Source of the DNA: Octopus sinensis
Lineage: Eukaryota
Assembly (NCBI RefSeq): GCF_006345805.1
Contig: NC_042997.1
Span: forward strand, 78,058,001 to 78,122,000
Reading direction: 5' to 3'
Length of the DNA stretch: 64,000 bases
How positions within the stretch are numbered: position 1 is the stretch's first letter; every line of letters begins with the position of its first letter. The translations under genes and the position numbers were made by a program. This document shows positions 1 to 11,346 of the stretch, one piece after another. The notes beneath the pieces were generated by a model. That model was given only the letters and a program-made list of their open reading frames with translations. It had not been told where the DNA came from and searched no databases.

Positions 1-3000
1 GGAAACAAGGCTACCTGTTAAATGACATCAAGTCACTAAATCTGAATATCATAGCCATCAGTGAGACCAGACTCCACAGCTCGCGGGCACTCCAGCACAG
101 TTTCGGTACACATTTCAACATTTATTTTTCTCCGTGTCTACCGAGAATGGGCGGAGGTGGCACCGCGGTGCTTCTCCGGAAGAGCAATTTTCCTAGACCC
201 GGAGGGTAGGCTGGTCGTTTTGGATATCGATGGCAGCAATGAGTGTGCTTTTCGACTGATAGCAGTTTATGCTCCGTCCTTAACAGGCCGACCAGATTTC
301 TTTCGACGTCTAGAGTCTTTCATGGGAACGTCTCGTCCTTTACTTTTAGTGGGGGATTGGAATGCCACCCTGGACACGCATCTAGACTAAGTGGGCAGAG
401 ATAGCAATAGAAGGGGATGCAAATGCCTCAAAGACCTGCTCAGACGTTTCCAACTGTCTGACAGGTACCGACTGGACCACCCGAATGTGCCAATGTGGAC
501 ATGGAGTAACCGCATCGGGTCGTCCAGATCATACTTAGATAGAGTATTCTGTAGGACAATAGATAAAAATAGCGTAGGATGTCCACAATTTCATATAGTC
601 AGTTACACAGATCACAAGTTTGTGACTTGTACACTTGACTTAGATAAGACACATAGGCAGGGTCCTGGTTACTGGAAACTGAACGCGTCTTTTACAGCAC
701 GACAGGTTTACAGGGACCGGATCACACATTAGTTAAGAGAGCTTTGACGGGTACCATCATCAACAAACATGGTGGTATGCCCTAAAAAGCAATTAAAGCA
801 GAATCAGTCAGATACAGTAAGCCCTAACATTAGACCGAAATAGAATAGAGGGAGAATTAGTTAAGGTTTTAGAAGAGGCACTTAGAACTGGCATCGCGTC
901 CAACGTGCTGGCGGCGAGATTGGCCCTCGACCAACACCTCAACGCCAAACACGAGGGAGCGTTGTCAGAGCTAGGATGCGTGCTCTGAGGAACGAAGGAG
1001 TTGGAGCCGCCCAAGAGGCCCGAGTGGTGGAGACGCAACGAGGCAACAGAGCCACCATCAAGTCTCTTATAGATGAACAGGGGCGCGAATTGCTCGAGCC
1101 TAAAAGGATGTGTGGGGCTTTTCAACAACACTTCACCCAACTGTTTGGGACAAGTGGTGGGTCAGAACGCAGAGTGGACTTTAGTGCCTACCTGCATGCT
1201 TTGCCACGACTCTCAGCAAGAGAGGTGGAGTCTTGTGAAAGGCCTATCACAGCTGCGGACGTACAGGATGCGATGGTAGGCTGCGCGAGAGACAAGTCAC
1301 CAGGCTTGGATGGTCTGTCCTACGAACTTTATTTTCATATGCCAGACTTATTTGGAGGCGTCTACTGCAACTGGCAGCAAAACTGCTTTTGTAAAGCGAG
1401 GAGCAGTAGCACTGATTAAGAAAGACCCAAACAAGGGGGAAGTCATAGATAATTTCAGGCCCATCACTCTGCTCAACGCAGATTTGAAAATTTTGGCCAA
1501 GGTGTTAGCCGAGAGGTTGGCGCTTGTCATCAAGAAACTAATCGACAAGGCGCAAACATGCGCCGTGCCGGGTAGAAGTATTCATGACAACCTCCATCTG
1601 ATGCGCTACATCATAGACAGGGTAGTTAAGAATCCTGGCATGGGTGGGGCGCTGATCATTTGGATCAATCAAAAGCTTTCGATAGGGTAGACCATCACTA
1701 CTTGGAGGCTGTCCTTAAAGCGGCTGGTTTCGGTCCAGTTTTCCGCGGTTGGATCGCTGCCTTATACAGCGGCATCCGCTCAGTAGTTCGCGTAAATGGT
1801 CATCTATCCAGACCTTTTAACATCATGCGTTCGGTTCGTCAGGGATGCCCCCTCTCATCGCTGCTGTATGTATTAACTCTTGAGCCACTACTGCGGAAAC
1901 TGGCGACGCTGAGGGGCATCCCACGAGAGCTGGAATGCGGGAGGAGCGTGTCTGCATACGCGGATGACGTCACCGTCATAGTGTCGAGCTACGAGCACAT
2001 CGAGCTGGTCGGCGAGACACTAAAAGAATACGAAGCGGTAACGGGAGCAAAAATTAACCGGGAAAAGTCAGTGGGCTTGCGGCTCGGCACCTGGAGAAGC
2101 AGGCCCATGCCGTCCCACAGCGTCTCCATCGTGGGACGCTGGACGGACGGACCGGTTAAATTGCTCGGGGTCTGGTTCGGTCCGGACCTCCAAATGGAGA
2201 AGAACTGGGGCGAGATAACGACTAGGGTGGCTACTCTCACCAGAAATGGGCTGAGAGAAAGCTATCCCTAAAAGGTCGGGCGGAGGTGGCGAACGCGTAC
2301 ATCGCATCGTCATCGGTATCGTCTGAACGTCTGACCGTCGTACCTGTCCCGACCCTACCATCACCAAACTGGAACGTATACTCTTCCGCTTCTTGTGGTT
2401 AGGCGATCCATTTGCTGTCAACACCCGCTAAATGGAGGGCTGGGCATGCCGTGGTTGATGATGCGCAGACATGCGCTGAGACTGCGACATCTCCGGCGCT
2501 TCATAGACAACGGTGAACAGGTGTGGTCGCCTTTTGTGCGGCGCGCTTTCCCGCAGCTCGTCTCCTTGGACGAACTACAGTCATGGATCAAGCAGAGACC
2601 GAGGCTAGGCGAATGGCACCGCGAGTGTCGCGTTGCTCTCAAGCAACTCTGGCGTCCGGGATCGAACTTGTGCGACTCCATCACACAACAAAGGCATTCT
2701 ATAGAGGATTAGTGGAGGGGAGGTGCGACGACGAACTCGGGCAGAGTCTGGGCGTCGACGAGGAACACCTGACCCGCCTGTTCAGGACAACTTTCGGGCC
2801 GGGAACTATGAACAACCACCAAAGATCCCTGGCCTGGCAGTGCTATCGAGAAGCATTACCTGTTCGGGATAAGCTCTACAGACACGGTTCCAGACACACT
2901 GGACCGACTTGCCCGAGATGCGGTCAGAGCGACGAAACCGTTCTGCACACACTCGTGCAATGTCCAACCATTTCAGACCTGTGGGCTTATGCCGAACGGC

Positions 3001-3624
3001 TGCTGTCACGTGTGGGACGAATCCGCCTATCGGCCGAGTCTATCGTGAGAATTGCTCTCGCCCCCTTCCCTCTACCGGGAAGGCAAGGCAGTTTTCATTG
3101 TACTGGTGGCCATGGTGAAAGAATGTTGTGTGTGGACCCGAGCGAAGGATTAGAGACAAACACTTACCTCTCTGGCCAATCGCTCATCAACTTTTTCAAG
3201 TACCACTTGAAAGGAAGGTGAGAATGGAGAGGGAAGTTTTGTCTCGCGAAAGATTAAAAAAGAATGGTGAATGTTGCAAAGATGGTGCGTGCTAGTGACG
3301 AAACCATTTTGAGCATGATCCTGTAGATCGTAAAAAAGAAAGAAAGAGAGCATTTTGATCTCATGTGGTTATTTCCTCCCTGACTGAGGTTCCCGTGGTC
3401 TTTTCTGTAGGCTTTTCTTCCCACGGATGAACCCAATCTTGTTTTATCAATGTTTTTATCATTATTTCTGTGATACACAATTTCTTTTCTTTTTTTTCCT
3501 CCTCTCGATCCCTTTTGATCGCAATCTTACATTTATTTTCTTTTTTTTCCACCCTCGAAAAGAAAAGCTCTGCATTTGAATTTGTCCCCTCTGTATTCAG
3601 CCCTGTGTGGCTAATAAAAGAAAG

Positions 3625-3625
<1 letters not shown>
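1..3625 (+). mobile_element. Tx1-clade (L1 superfamily) LINE: frameshifted ORF2 (APE endonuclease, RT, C-terminal zinc motif) plus 3' UTR; continues upstream of the window
   Basis: Successive ORF pieces give APE motifs (RLIAVYAP, LLLVGDWNA, SYLDR, TDHK), GYWKLN, KSPGLDGL, FRPITLLNADLKILAK, AFDRVDH, RQGCPLS, YADD and CPRC..ETVLHTLVQC. AATAAA at 3613-3618 just precedes the (TATC)n array. Confidence 0.93.

Positions 3626-3713
<88 letters not shown>
3626..3713. repeat. (TATC)n microsatellite abutting the Tx1 3' end
   Basis: Direct reading. Confidence 0.98.
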
Positions 3714-3800
3714 CGCCTGTCTGTCTGTCCTTTTCTGTCCACGTTTCATGACGTCCTGTGCCCTCATATGCATATATAAGTATAGATGTAAGTTTGTGAA

Positions 3801-4118
3801 GGCGCGTGGCTTAGTGGTTAGGGTATTTGGTTCACGATTGTAAAGTCGTGTGTTCGATTCCCTGCGACGCGTTGTGTCCTTGAGCAAGACACTTTATTTC
3901 ACGTTGCTCCAGTCCACTCAGCTGGCAAAAATAAGTTGTACCTGTATTTCAAAGAGTCGGCCTTGTCACACTTTGTGTCACGCTGAATCTCCCTGAGAAC
4001 TACGTTAGGGGTACGCGTGTTTGTGGATTGCTCAGCTACTTGCACGTTAATTTCATGAGCAGGCTGTTCCGTTGATAGTATCAGCTGGGACCCTTGTCGT
4101 CGTAACCGACGGAGTGCT
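3801..4118 (+). mobile_element. tRNA-derived SINE
   Basis: Pol III A box TGGCTTAGTGG (3807-3817), B box GTTCGATTCC (3852-3861), then the CORE/V-like motif GTGTCCTTGAGCAAGACACTT; no complete tRNA cloverleaf. Confidence 0.8.
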
Positions 4119-4156
4119 CCTTATATGTTTATATATATATATATATATATATATAT

Positions 4157-4256
4157 NNNNNNNNNNNNNNNNNNNNNNNNNNNNNNNNNNNNNNNNNNNN
4201 NNNNNNNNNNNNNNNNNNNNNNNNNNNNNNNNNNNNNNNNNNNNNNNNNNNNNNNN
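4157..4256. other. Assembly gap (100 N) inside a TA-rich microsatellite (about 4129-4491)
   Basis: Run of N. Confidence 1.
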
Positions 4257-4289
4257 AAAATGGAAATAAATATATATATATACATATAC

Positions 4290-4337
<48 letters not shown>

Positions 4338-4368
4338 TATATACACATATACATATATATATATACAC

Positions 4369-4400
<32 letters not shown>

Positions 4401-4459
4401 ACATATATATATAATATATACACATATACATTATATATATTATATATATATATATATAG

Positions 4460-4490
<31 letters not shown>

Positions 4491-4491
4491 T

Positions 4492-4867
4492 GCCAGAACT
4501 GGGCGCCACTGCGTGGTGCCAAGGACTCCTAATTTGCCATCAAGATGTAGGACAAGATACTGTGATAGCCTGGGCTTCCGAGGCCCACAGCTCTTCAATA
4601 TCCTCCCGAAGAACCTAAGAGACCTGCATGGGGTGGATGCAGATGTCTTTAAAATAAAACTGGATCTCTTCTTGTCAGGTATCCCAGATGAACCAACTTC
4701 ACGGCAGGAGGTGCAGATGAGGGCAGCTGCATCGAACTCTCTCATGCACCAAATGGCAGTTGCTAAAAAGCATTCGTGAAGTAAAACCATGTAGCAACAC
4801 CAATGGCGGTGCCCCAGCATGGCCACAGCTCGTGAGCTGAAACTAGAATCAATCAATCAATCAATCA
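4492..4867 (+). mobile_element. 5'-truncated CR1-clade LINE 3' end with (ATCA)n tail, embedded in a TA array
   Basis: ORF 4513-4779 reads [40 protein letters not shown], typical of the CR1-group ORF2 C-terminus. Tail 4848-4867; TA repeats on both sides. Confidence 0.8.
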
Positions 4868-4869
4868 TA

Positions 4870-4909
<40 letters not shown>

Positions 4910-4922
4910 ATATACCACACAC

Positions 4923-4983
<61 letters not shown>

Positions 4984-4993
4984 ACACATATAT

Positions 4994-5041
<48 letters not shown>

Positions 5042-5076
5042 TTTATGTAAATATATATGTATATGTGTATATATAT

Positions 5077-5917
5077 TGGTTGAATGTGTCATATGAAACA
5101 TCTTTTACTCATAGTATTTTTGAGAGAATTTTATATTTAAGAAGTTATTTCGTGTTAAAGTTGTTGTATTTCGGTAATTTCAACCAATCAATGACGTGTA
5201 TTCTGCTGAATAAAATTACTGACATTGTTTGTCAACAACAACTATCGGAGGTGTATATTTCCTTTTTCAATGTTATTTTCGATATCGTTCGTGCGTTTGT
5301 ACTGGTTCTAGCTTTGTGGTTTTAAGGTTAGAGTTAGGTCTTTAGGTTTAGGGTTTTAGGGTTAGAGTTTTAGAGTGAATGTTAGGGTTTTAGGGTTAGG
5401 GTTAGAGTTTTAGAGTGAGGGTTAGTGTTTTACGGTTAAGGCTAGGCTTTTAGAATTAAGGTTAGGGTGTTAGGGTTAGGGTTAAGGTTTTAGGGCTACG
5501 GTTATGGTTAGGGATGGGGTTTTAGGGTTAGAGTTACGGATAAAAGTGAAAAATGAAGAAATTGGAGGGCCAGGGGTAGGGGGCAAAAAAGTCTTTCCGA
5601 AAATAGTAGCTGAAAAACAGGGAAAAAACTAAAAGCAGTAGAAATGCACGAACGATTATAGTGGTTCCATGAAGTAAACATGCTTCAGATACATTCGTTA
5701 TTCATACAAACGCAACTGAGATGAAATATGTCATAAGTAACAGTGACAACGAAATATACACTGCCGGAACAGCAGTAATTTTATTCAGCTGAATACACGT
5801 CATTGATTGGTTGAAATTACCGAAATACGACAACTTTAACACGAAATAACTTTGAAAATATAAACTTTTCACAACAACACTAAGAGTAAACGATGTTTTA
5901 TATGACACATTCTACCA
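5077..5917. mobile_element. Foldback/non-autonomous TIR element with about 225-bp imperfect inverted arms
   Basis: TGGTTGAATGTGTCATAT at 5077 mirrors ATATGACACATTCTACCA ending at 5917; complementarity continues to about 5305 and 5700. Confidence 0.85.
5321..5545 (+). repeat. Degenerate telomere-like (TTAGGG/TTTTAGGG) tandem array inside the foldback element
   Basis: Repeated TTAGGG, TTAGAG and TTTTAGGG units. Confidence 0.85.
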
Positions 5918-7119
5918 GTGTCCGAACTTTGAAAGTGTTTAGTTACAAAAAATTATTTTCTTGATCTGCCGTTCAAAGGGTAAAGATCCCTGTAGACATT
6001 TAATCTAACGCGTTATTGCTTTTGCTATCTCACCTCTCTTATCTAATATACATGTACATGGTGTTATTTCTTGGGATGGAATGACTTAATAGATAAGTTA
6101 CTACAAGCACAAAAGTGAGTTCGAACGTGCTGAAAGTGTTTCTTTGTATAAATGTACAGATCATGGCTATTAAATTCTACAGTTCTCATAATTGTTGGAA
6201 AAGATAATGAAATTATGCAAACATAAGTAAATATTAGTAGTTTAAACTATACAGAAATATTGGCTAAAATAAAGATGTAAAAGTTAGTATTACAAAATAC
6301 AATGTAGTTCTTATCACATATGTAGATATAATAAATAGCAGTACAAATTACATTTAAATTATGGCTACGTATGCAAATATAGAACTACACTTTCTCTTTA
6401 TTATAGGCATAAAGCCTGAAAAATGATGGGACACCACAAGGACAGACAACACAAAACGTGGTGTACATAGAACGTATCATATAAAATATGAATATAATAA
6501 ATAAAAGAATGAAAAAGGAAATAGCTTACCCTCTCTCCAAAGCAAACAGTTCCATTTTATTGTTCTAATTAATCATAATTTCATCAGACTTTTTATACAA
6601 TCTTACATTTCCTGCATGTATTCCAACAAGTCGTTGATCGATACCACGTTCGGTATCATACTGGAAACACAGTCCTGTTAGTTACATTTCTACACCAAAC
6701 AGTTCCCGAAGTTTTAATGCTCTTTCCCTCTCTAATAGTGCTGCTTTCTTGTCTTCATCCAATTTTACTCGATAGTACTACACAGCATAGTCAAGAACTA
6801 CTGGCCACATACGCAGATATTAGCTTATTGGAACATTCTTAGGTTTATAGAATTCAACAACGTATTTTTACAGTGTTATACCTCCCTATAAACTCCTGCT
6901 GATTCTTCACCAAAGAGGAAAATGTGAAACATTTACCTTCTCGTTAGATGATTTAACTTAACTGTTCATTTTAGTTTTTTTCTTTTAATTCTTTTACTTG
7001 TTTCAGTCATTTGACTGCATACATGCTGGAGAGGTTTATTGATAAACAAATAAACTTAACATGTGAATCCTTATTTTTCACACACAATCTTGAATTATAT
7101 TTTAAATCCTCTTTTGCAG

Positions 7120-7282
7120 GTTCAGTAATGATATCGAACTTATGACGGGTCATAGACCAAATTATTATTTGATGTTTTGTTGGAAATTCATTTGTCCTGC
7201 AATTATTATTTTTCTTATTGTTATTCTTATTGTCAATCTTACTACTGACGAGAAAGAGTACGATGTCTGGCACAGAGAGACG
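7120..7282 (+). CDS. SLC6/SNF-family transporter, penultimate coding exon (TM11 region)
   Basis: Acceptor ttttgcag| and donor |gtaaga. Translates (R)FSNDIELMTGHRPNYYLMFCWKFICPAIIIFLIVILIV..VWHRET, matching the SLC6 RFxxDIxxMxGxRP..W..W motif. Ends in phase 0, compatible with the next exon. Confidence 0.92.
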
Positions 7283-8291
7283 GTAAGACATTGCCACTTG
7301 TGTATTGTAATATTACGACTGTTATAACTAATACTTATTGACTTATTTGAGGAGTTAGACAAAGTTTGTAATATTTTCTAAGAGGAACCAATGGCGTTAA
7401 ATAAGTGAAACTGTTTTCACTGGGAATTCAAAGAAAATAATTACAAACTGAGCTTACATTTCCTCATTATCACAATCTCAAACGCTAGTATTTAGAGGTA
7501 CAACTGTAATATGGTCAAAATATTTCTTCGTTGGAAGATATCTGATTGGTATGCGTGTATTTAATGACGTGCATCTATTAATGAGGGTACCCAAAATAGG
7601 ACGCAAGCAGTGCTGAACTCAGTCTGAATCCCGAATTTGATTCCCAAGAGAAGCTTTTCATTTCTCTTATTTCTAAGATTTGGGTAAAACCCAGGCGTTC
7701 GATCACGAAACATCAATGTTATTATTTTATATATTAGAGCCGTATACAAATAAATATTTATATTTATTAAATCTCTATTTCTGACAGCCAGCCTACATTC
7801 TGCAATTTATTCTCCAACCATCGGCAATTTTGCAACACATAAGAAACTTAAAATTTAAATTAACATGGAATTTTCATTTCCATATTCTCATTTTATTGAC
7901 CACCGATTATCGAAAGTGTCGAAAGTGCTAATGCTACTTTTCAAGACGTTAAGTGTTAATGGATATATCTATTTTATGAATATACGTAAATTTCCCTTAA
8001 ATTTCAAATGAGCACCGCTTGTTAATTATAAACTCATCAGATACATGATATTGCTGCCAGTCCTTCTATTTTGTAACTGAGGCATTTACTGTTTAACACA
8101 ATTATTAAATATTGCTAAACACTGAGGAGTTAATCGCTTGGACGTTCTTCAGGCATCTTACCCAATTACTATATTAAGAGATAAAATGCATATTAAAATC
8201 ATTTCCTTTTAGTATTGACAATAAATGGAATAGAATGTAAAAATTTCAATTTGTAAGTCTTTCAAATACAATGAATTGCTTTATTTTACAG

Positions 8292-8594
8292 GGGAGTCTA
8301 TCGAAATCAATTTGGCCAGGCTGGTGCTTATTCGTGGCAGCACTCATAATTATTCTTTCCATTTTGGGGATTCCGCTAATTGCCTTGATCCGTTGGTTAA
8401 AGCCATCCAGTTGGCGTGAAGAAGTACCGGCTTATTTTCCGCGTGAATTAATACAGTTGGAGCGCAAACTAACGACATATATCCCTAAAGAATGGGAAAA
8501 GAAAATTCTTTTTAGGTTTGAAAAACATTTACCGACTACCGAATCAGAATTCAATAATAAAAGCAAATCGGAAATGGATTTAGTATTTATATAA
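8292..8594 (+). CDS. SLC6/SNF-family transporter, last coding exon (TM12 and cytoplasmic tail); probably amino-acid transporter (SLC6A15-20-like) branch
   Basis: Acceptor ttttacag|, phase 0. Translates GSLSKSIWPGWCLFVAALIIILSILGIPLIALIRW (TM12, W/YPxW..IP motif) to TAA at 8592-8594. Subfamily is inferred. Confidence 0.9.
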   Translation, partial: GSLSKSIWPGWCLFVAALIIILSILGIPLIALIRWLKPSSWREEVPAYFPRELIQLERKLTTYIPKEWEKKILFRFEKHLPTTESEFNNKSKSEMDLVFI

Positions 8595-9573
8595 AATGAA
8601 AGTATTATTAGTTTTAAAACTCTATTGTGTTCGGTAGGCTGAATCAGGGAAAACAATTGATGGACATTTTATGATGTGCATTGACCCTTATTAGGCTTTT
8701 CTTTGTTTTAGATTACTGAGTTCATTCCTATACAATCTCTAAAATTTATGAGATGTTTTACTCATTTCTGTCGTTGATAACGTCTTCTGAAACGAACAGC
8801 GCTTTGTGATATTTCAACATTATTTTGGATGATAAATCGATACTGTATTTAGAACAAATAATTTTTTACTTTTCTGATAAATATTCTACTAAATTGGGAC
8901 AGATCTTAAGCACGGTCTCAATATTTTATCAACATCAAGCTATTTCTATTGTTGAGATATTCATACGTCATGTAACAAAATGTAAGAAAACCGTTTTATT
9001 TTGATATTAAATACATTAATTTCTATCATTATGGTCTTCTCTATTTAATTGACTACTTTTCATTATGTAGGTTAAACTGAATCCAACGTGGATGTTACAA
9101 ACCGTTGTTTGTCTGTAAAACTTTATATTTATTCCGAGCATTTGTATATAATATTACGCACATACTTCGGATGCCATTCATTTGCATTTTGCTTCAAAAT
9201 TTTACTTTTCTGGAACTGAATCAAATGGGAAGTGAATGTACATAAACACATACGCGTGCATAAAAACATAAATACATACATACATGCATATATACATACA
9301 TTTCGCTTCCATTTATATGCGACCATTTAAAGTGCTTTGTTACGAGGTCTCGAAAATAAATAACAGCAAAATCGCCTTCAAACTTCAGGTTTTCGCATTA
9401 GTAATAGACGAGCATACTAGATATATAACTTCAGGAAATAAGAGAAAATAGTTATTTCAAAAAAGACTCTCAAACAACAACAGTCTGTCACAAGGAAACT
9501 GTTAGAGAAATACCTGGTTCAACATGCTATGTGGAAGAAACCTGAAGCCACAATCCAAAACGTAAAAAAATCA

Positions 9574-9659
9574 GTCTGCTACTGATGTCGAAAAACGAAC
9601 AGTAAGCATAATTAAATCTCAGAATGAGATTGGTTCGTTTTTCGACATCAGTGGCAGAC
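9574..9659. other. Near-perfect 27-bp-arm hairpin
   Basis: 9574-9600 is the reverse complement of 9633-9659 with one mismatch (U.G on the + strand); the 32-nt loop contains a further short stem. Confidence 0.9.
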
Positions 9660-9724
9660 GCCATTAGAAAAACTTATATCTGTTTGCAAAGGAGCCTTCA
9701 CTTTCATCGCTACCTGGTGGTTGC

Positions 9725-9767
9725 CGCCCGTTGACGAGGGACAAACATCCCGAAACTAGTTCGAGCG
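9725..9767 (+). ncRNA. Minimal type I hammerhead ribozyme motif (class A; C3U core variant)
   Basis: CGCCCG-UUGACGA-GGGA-CAAACA-UCCC-GAAAC-UA-GUU|CGAGCG: stem I 5/6 pairs, 4-bp stem II, palindromic AACUAGUU stem III. Confidence 0.7.
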
Positions 9768-11220
9768 TATCACTCAGGCTTGCGAGGAAGGGATGGCCTT
9801 TCTTTGCAAATACTCCAAAGACACAGATATTGTGTTTAGAGCCAGCTAGAGACGAAGATCTCTTGGGGCTATAAAGCTACAGTAACAACCCCCTCTCCAA
9901 TGTGGTTAGCCATGATAAGATGGCTTCTATACTTTACATTATCGAGCGATTACTGTTTCAATCTCATTCTGAGATTTAATTAAGCATATAGTACGAGTGA
10001 TTGCTGAAAGGTTCCTAGCTTTGAGTAAAAGAAAATGCAGTCGGATCAGTTAATTATGATTTTATTCAAGGCACTCAACATATTCTCCTCTCACATTCAC
10101 ACACTTATTGCAGCGGTCCTTCAGGTTTTCTAGGCCATGCGAAAGAACTCGGAAGTTTTGACTGCCAACCAGCCCTGTCGCAACACCCTTAAAGCCAGGA
10201 ACTTTTCAGCGCCCCACCGTACATAGAACCATAAGCTTCTGTTAAACATGACAACAAAGCAAAAATATAAGCATTAAAACAACTCTTCCTTCTCTCAAAA
10301 TAGCAACTTGCTTCTTTTTTTGCTTCATGCTCTTGCTTGATGGTGCTGGGGTCATCCCAGATTAGTGATCCCACATACGTCATCATGTGTAAAACCGAAA
10401 ATAGCAACACGAAACGCAATAAAACAACATTATTGCAACACAACTGCATTCCCATTAAAATTTAAACTGACACTAACACATTTATATAGATCAGTACACT
10501 ATAACTCTCCACACATTACTCCTATCAATCTACCTAGTTACCAAAACTACATAGCATCTACTCCTCCAATTCTGATCTGACTACTTGCCTATCATTATCA
10601 TAAAACACTACACATAATTAAAGAAAATAGAAACACTTTTACAAATTTTATAAATGCACTTCGAAAAGAACAGAACTAAAGTTTGCAGAAATCAGCAAAA
10701 CTATAGCAACTAACAAAAACACTGTGATAATTCAAGAAAAAACCCGTCGATATCTCCTAAAATATATACTACAATACCATGTAAAAAACAGCTGAAGTTA
10801 CATAGCTGGAGCAGCCAATCACACGAACAGCTTCCAACGCAATCCCTCAATAGTATATGCAAAAATGAATAAATAAATAAATTAATGATAAAGTGGAAGC
10901 TAACATACTCGTAGAAGATAAGACATTTTAATAAATGAAATTTACATCTTACTGAATAAAGCAATTATCCAGATGATACATTTTGATAAAAAAGGGCACG
11001 GGAGATAATTTCGATATTTTAATTAATTAAAATTGATTAAATTCGAAATGCATGAAGAATGAATTTAGTCATTAGCATTAGGGTGATAACTCTAACTGTT
11101 TGTATGCTTCAGTTTTTTTCAGTCTTTTTTCCTTACTACAAAATCATTCCAAACAAAGTCTCATAAGACGATTCTAGGCAAAAGGTGATCGGAAAAGAGG
11201 GTGTGGTATTAATCCTTTTT

Positions 11221-11346
11221 TGCAATAGGCACAAGACCTGAAACTTTGGAGGAGGGGCCTAGTCGATTTCATCGACCCAAGTGCGAGATTGGTACTTATT
11301 TTATCGACCCCGAAAGAATGAAAGGCAAAGTCGATCTTGGCAGAAT
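11221..11346 (-). mobile_element. Nin/Deu-domain SINE fragment
   Basis: Minus strand reads GACTTTGCCTTTCATTCTTTCGGGGTCGATAAAATAAGTACC, the Deu/Nin core pattern; homologous to 61255-61470. Confidence 0.7.

Noticed and set aside
3801-3875. Possible tRNA gene (also the heads at 26107, 33564, 52070 and 54146)
   Set aside because: A and B boxes are present, but there is no complete cloverleaf or T-run terminator and the sequence continues into SINE bodies.
5321-5545. True telomere or chromosome fusion site
   Set aside because: Short, degenerate, single-orientation and enclosed by transposon-like arms.
5918-7119. Further upstream SLC6 exon (TM10)
   Set aside because: No splice-bounded hydrophobic ORF with a phase-2 donor and SLC6 motifs was found.
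8000-8050. Other CUGANGA matches (8034 minus, 11885, 24929, 40921, 46186) and a CUGAUGU near 31751
   Set aside because: No correctly placed stem II/GAAA/NUH/stem I set, so not called hammerheads.
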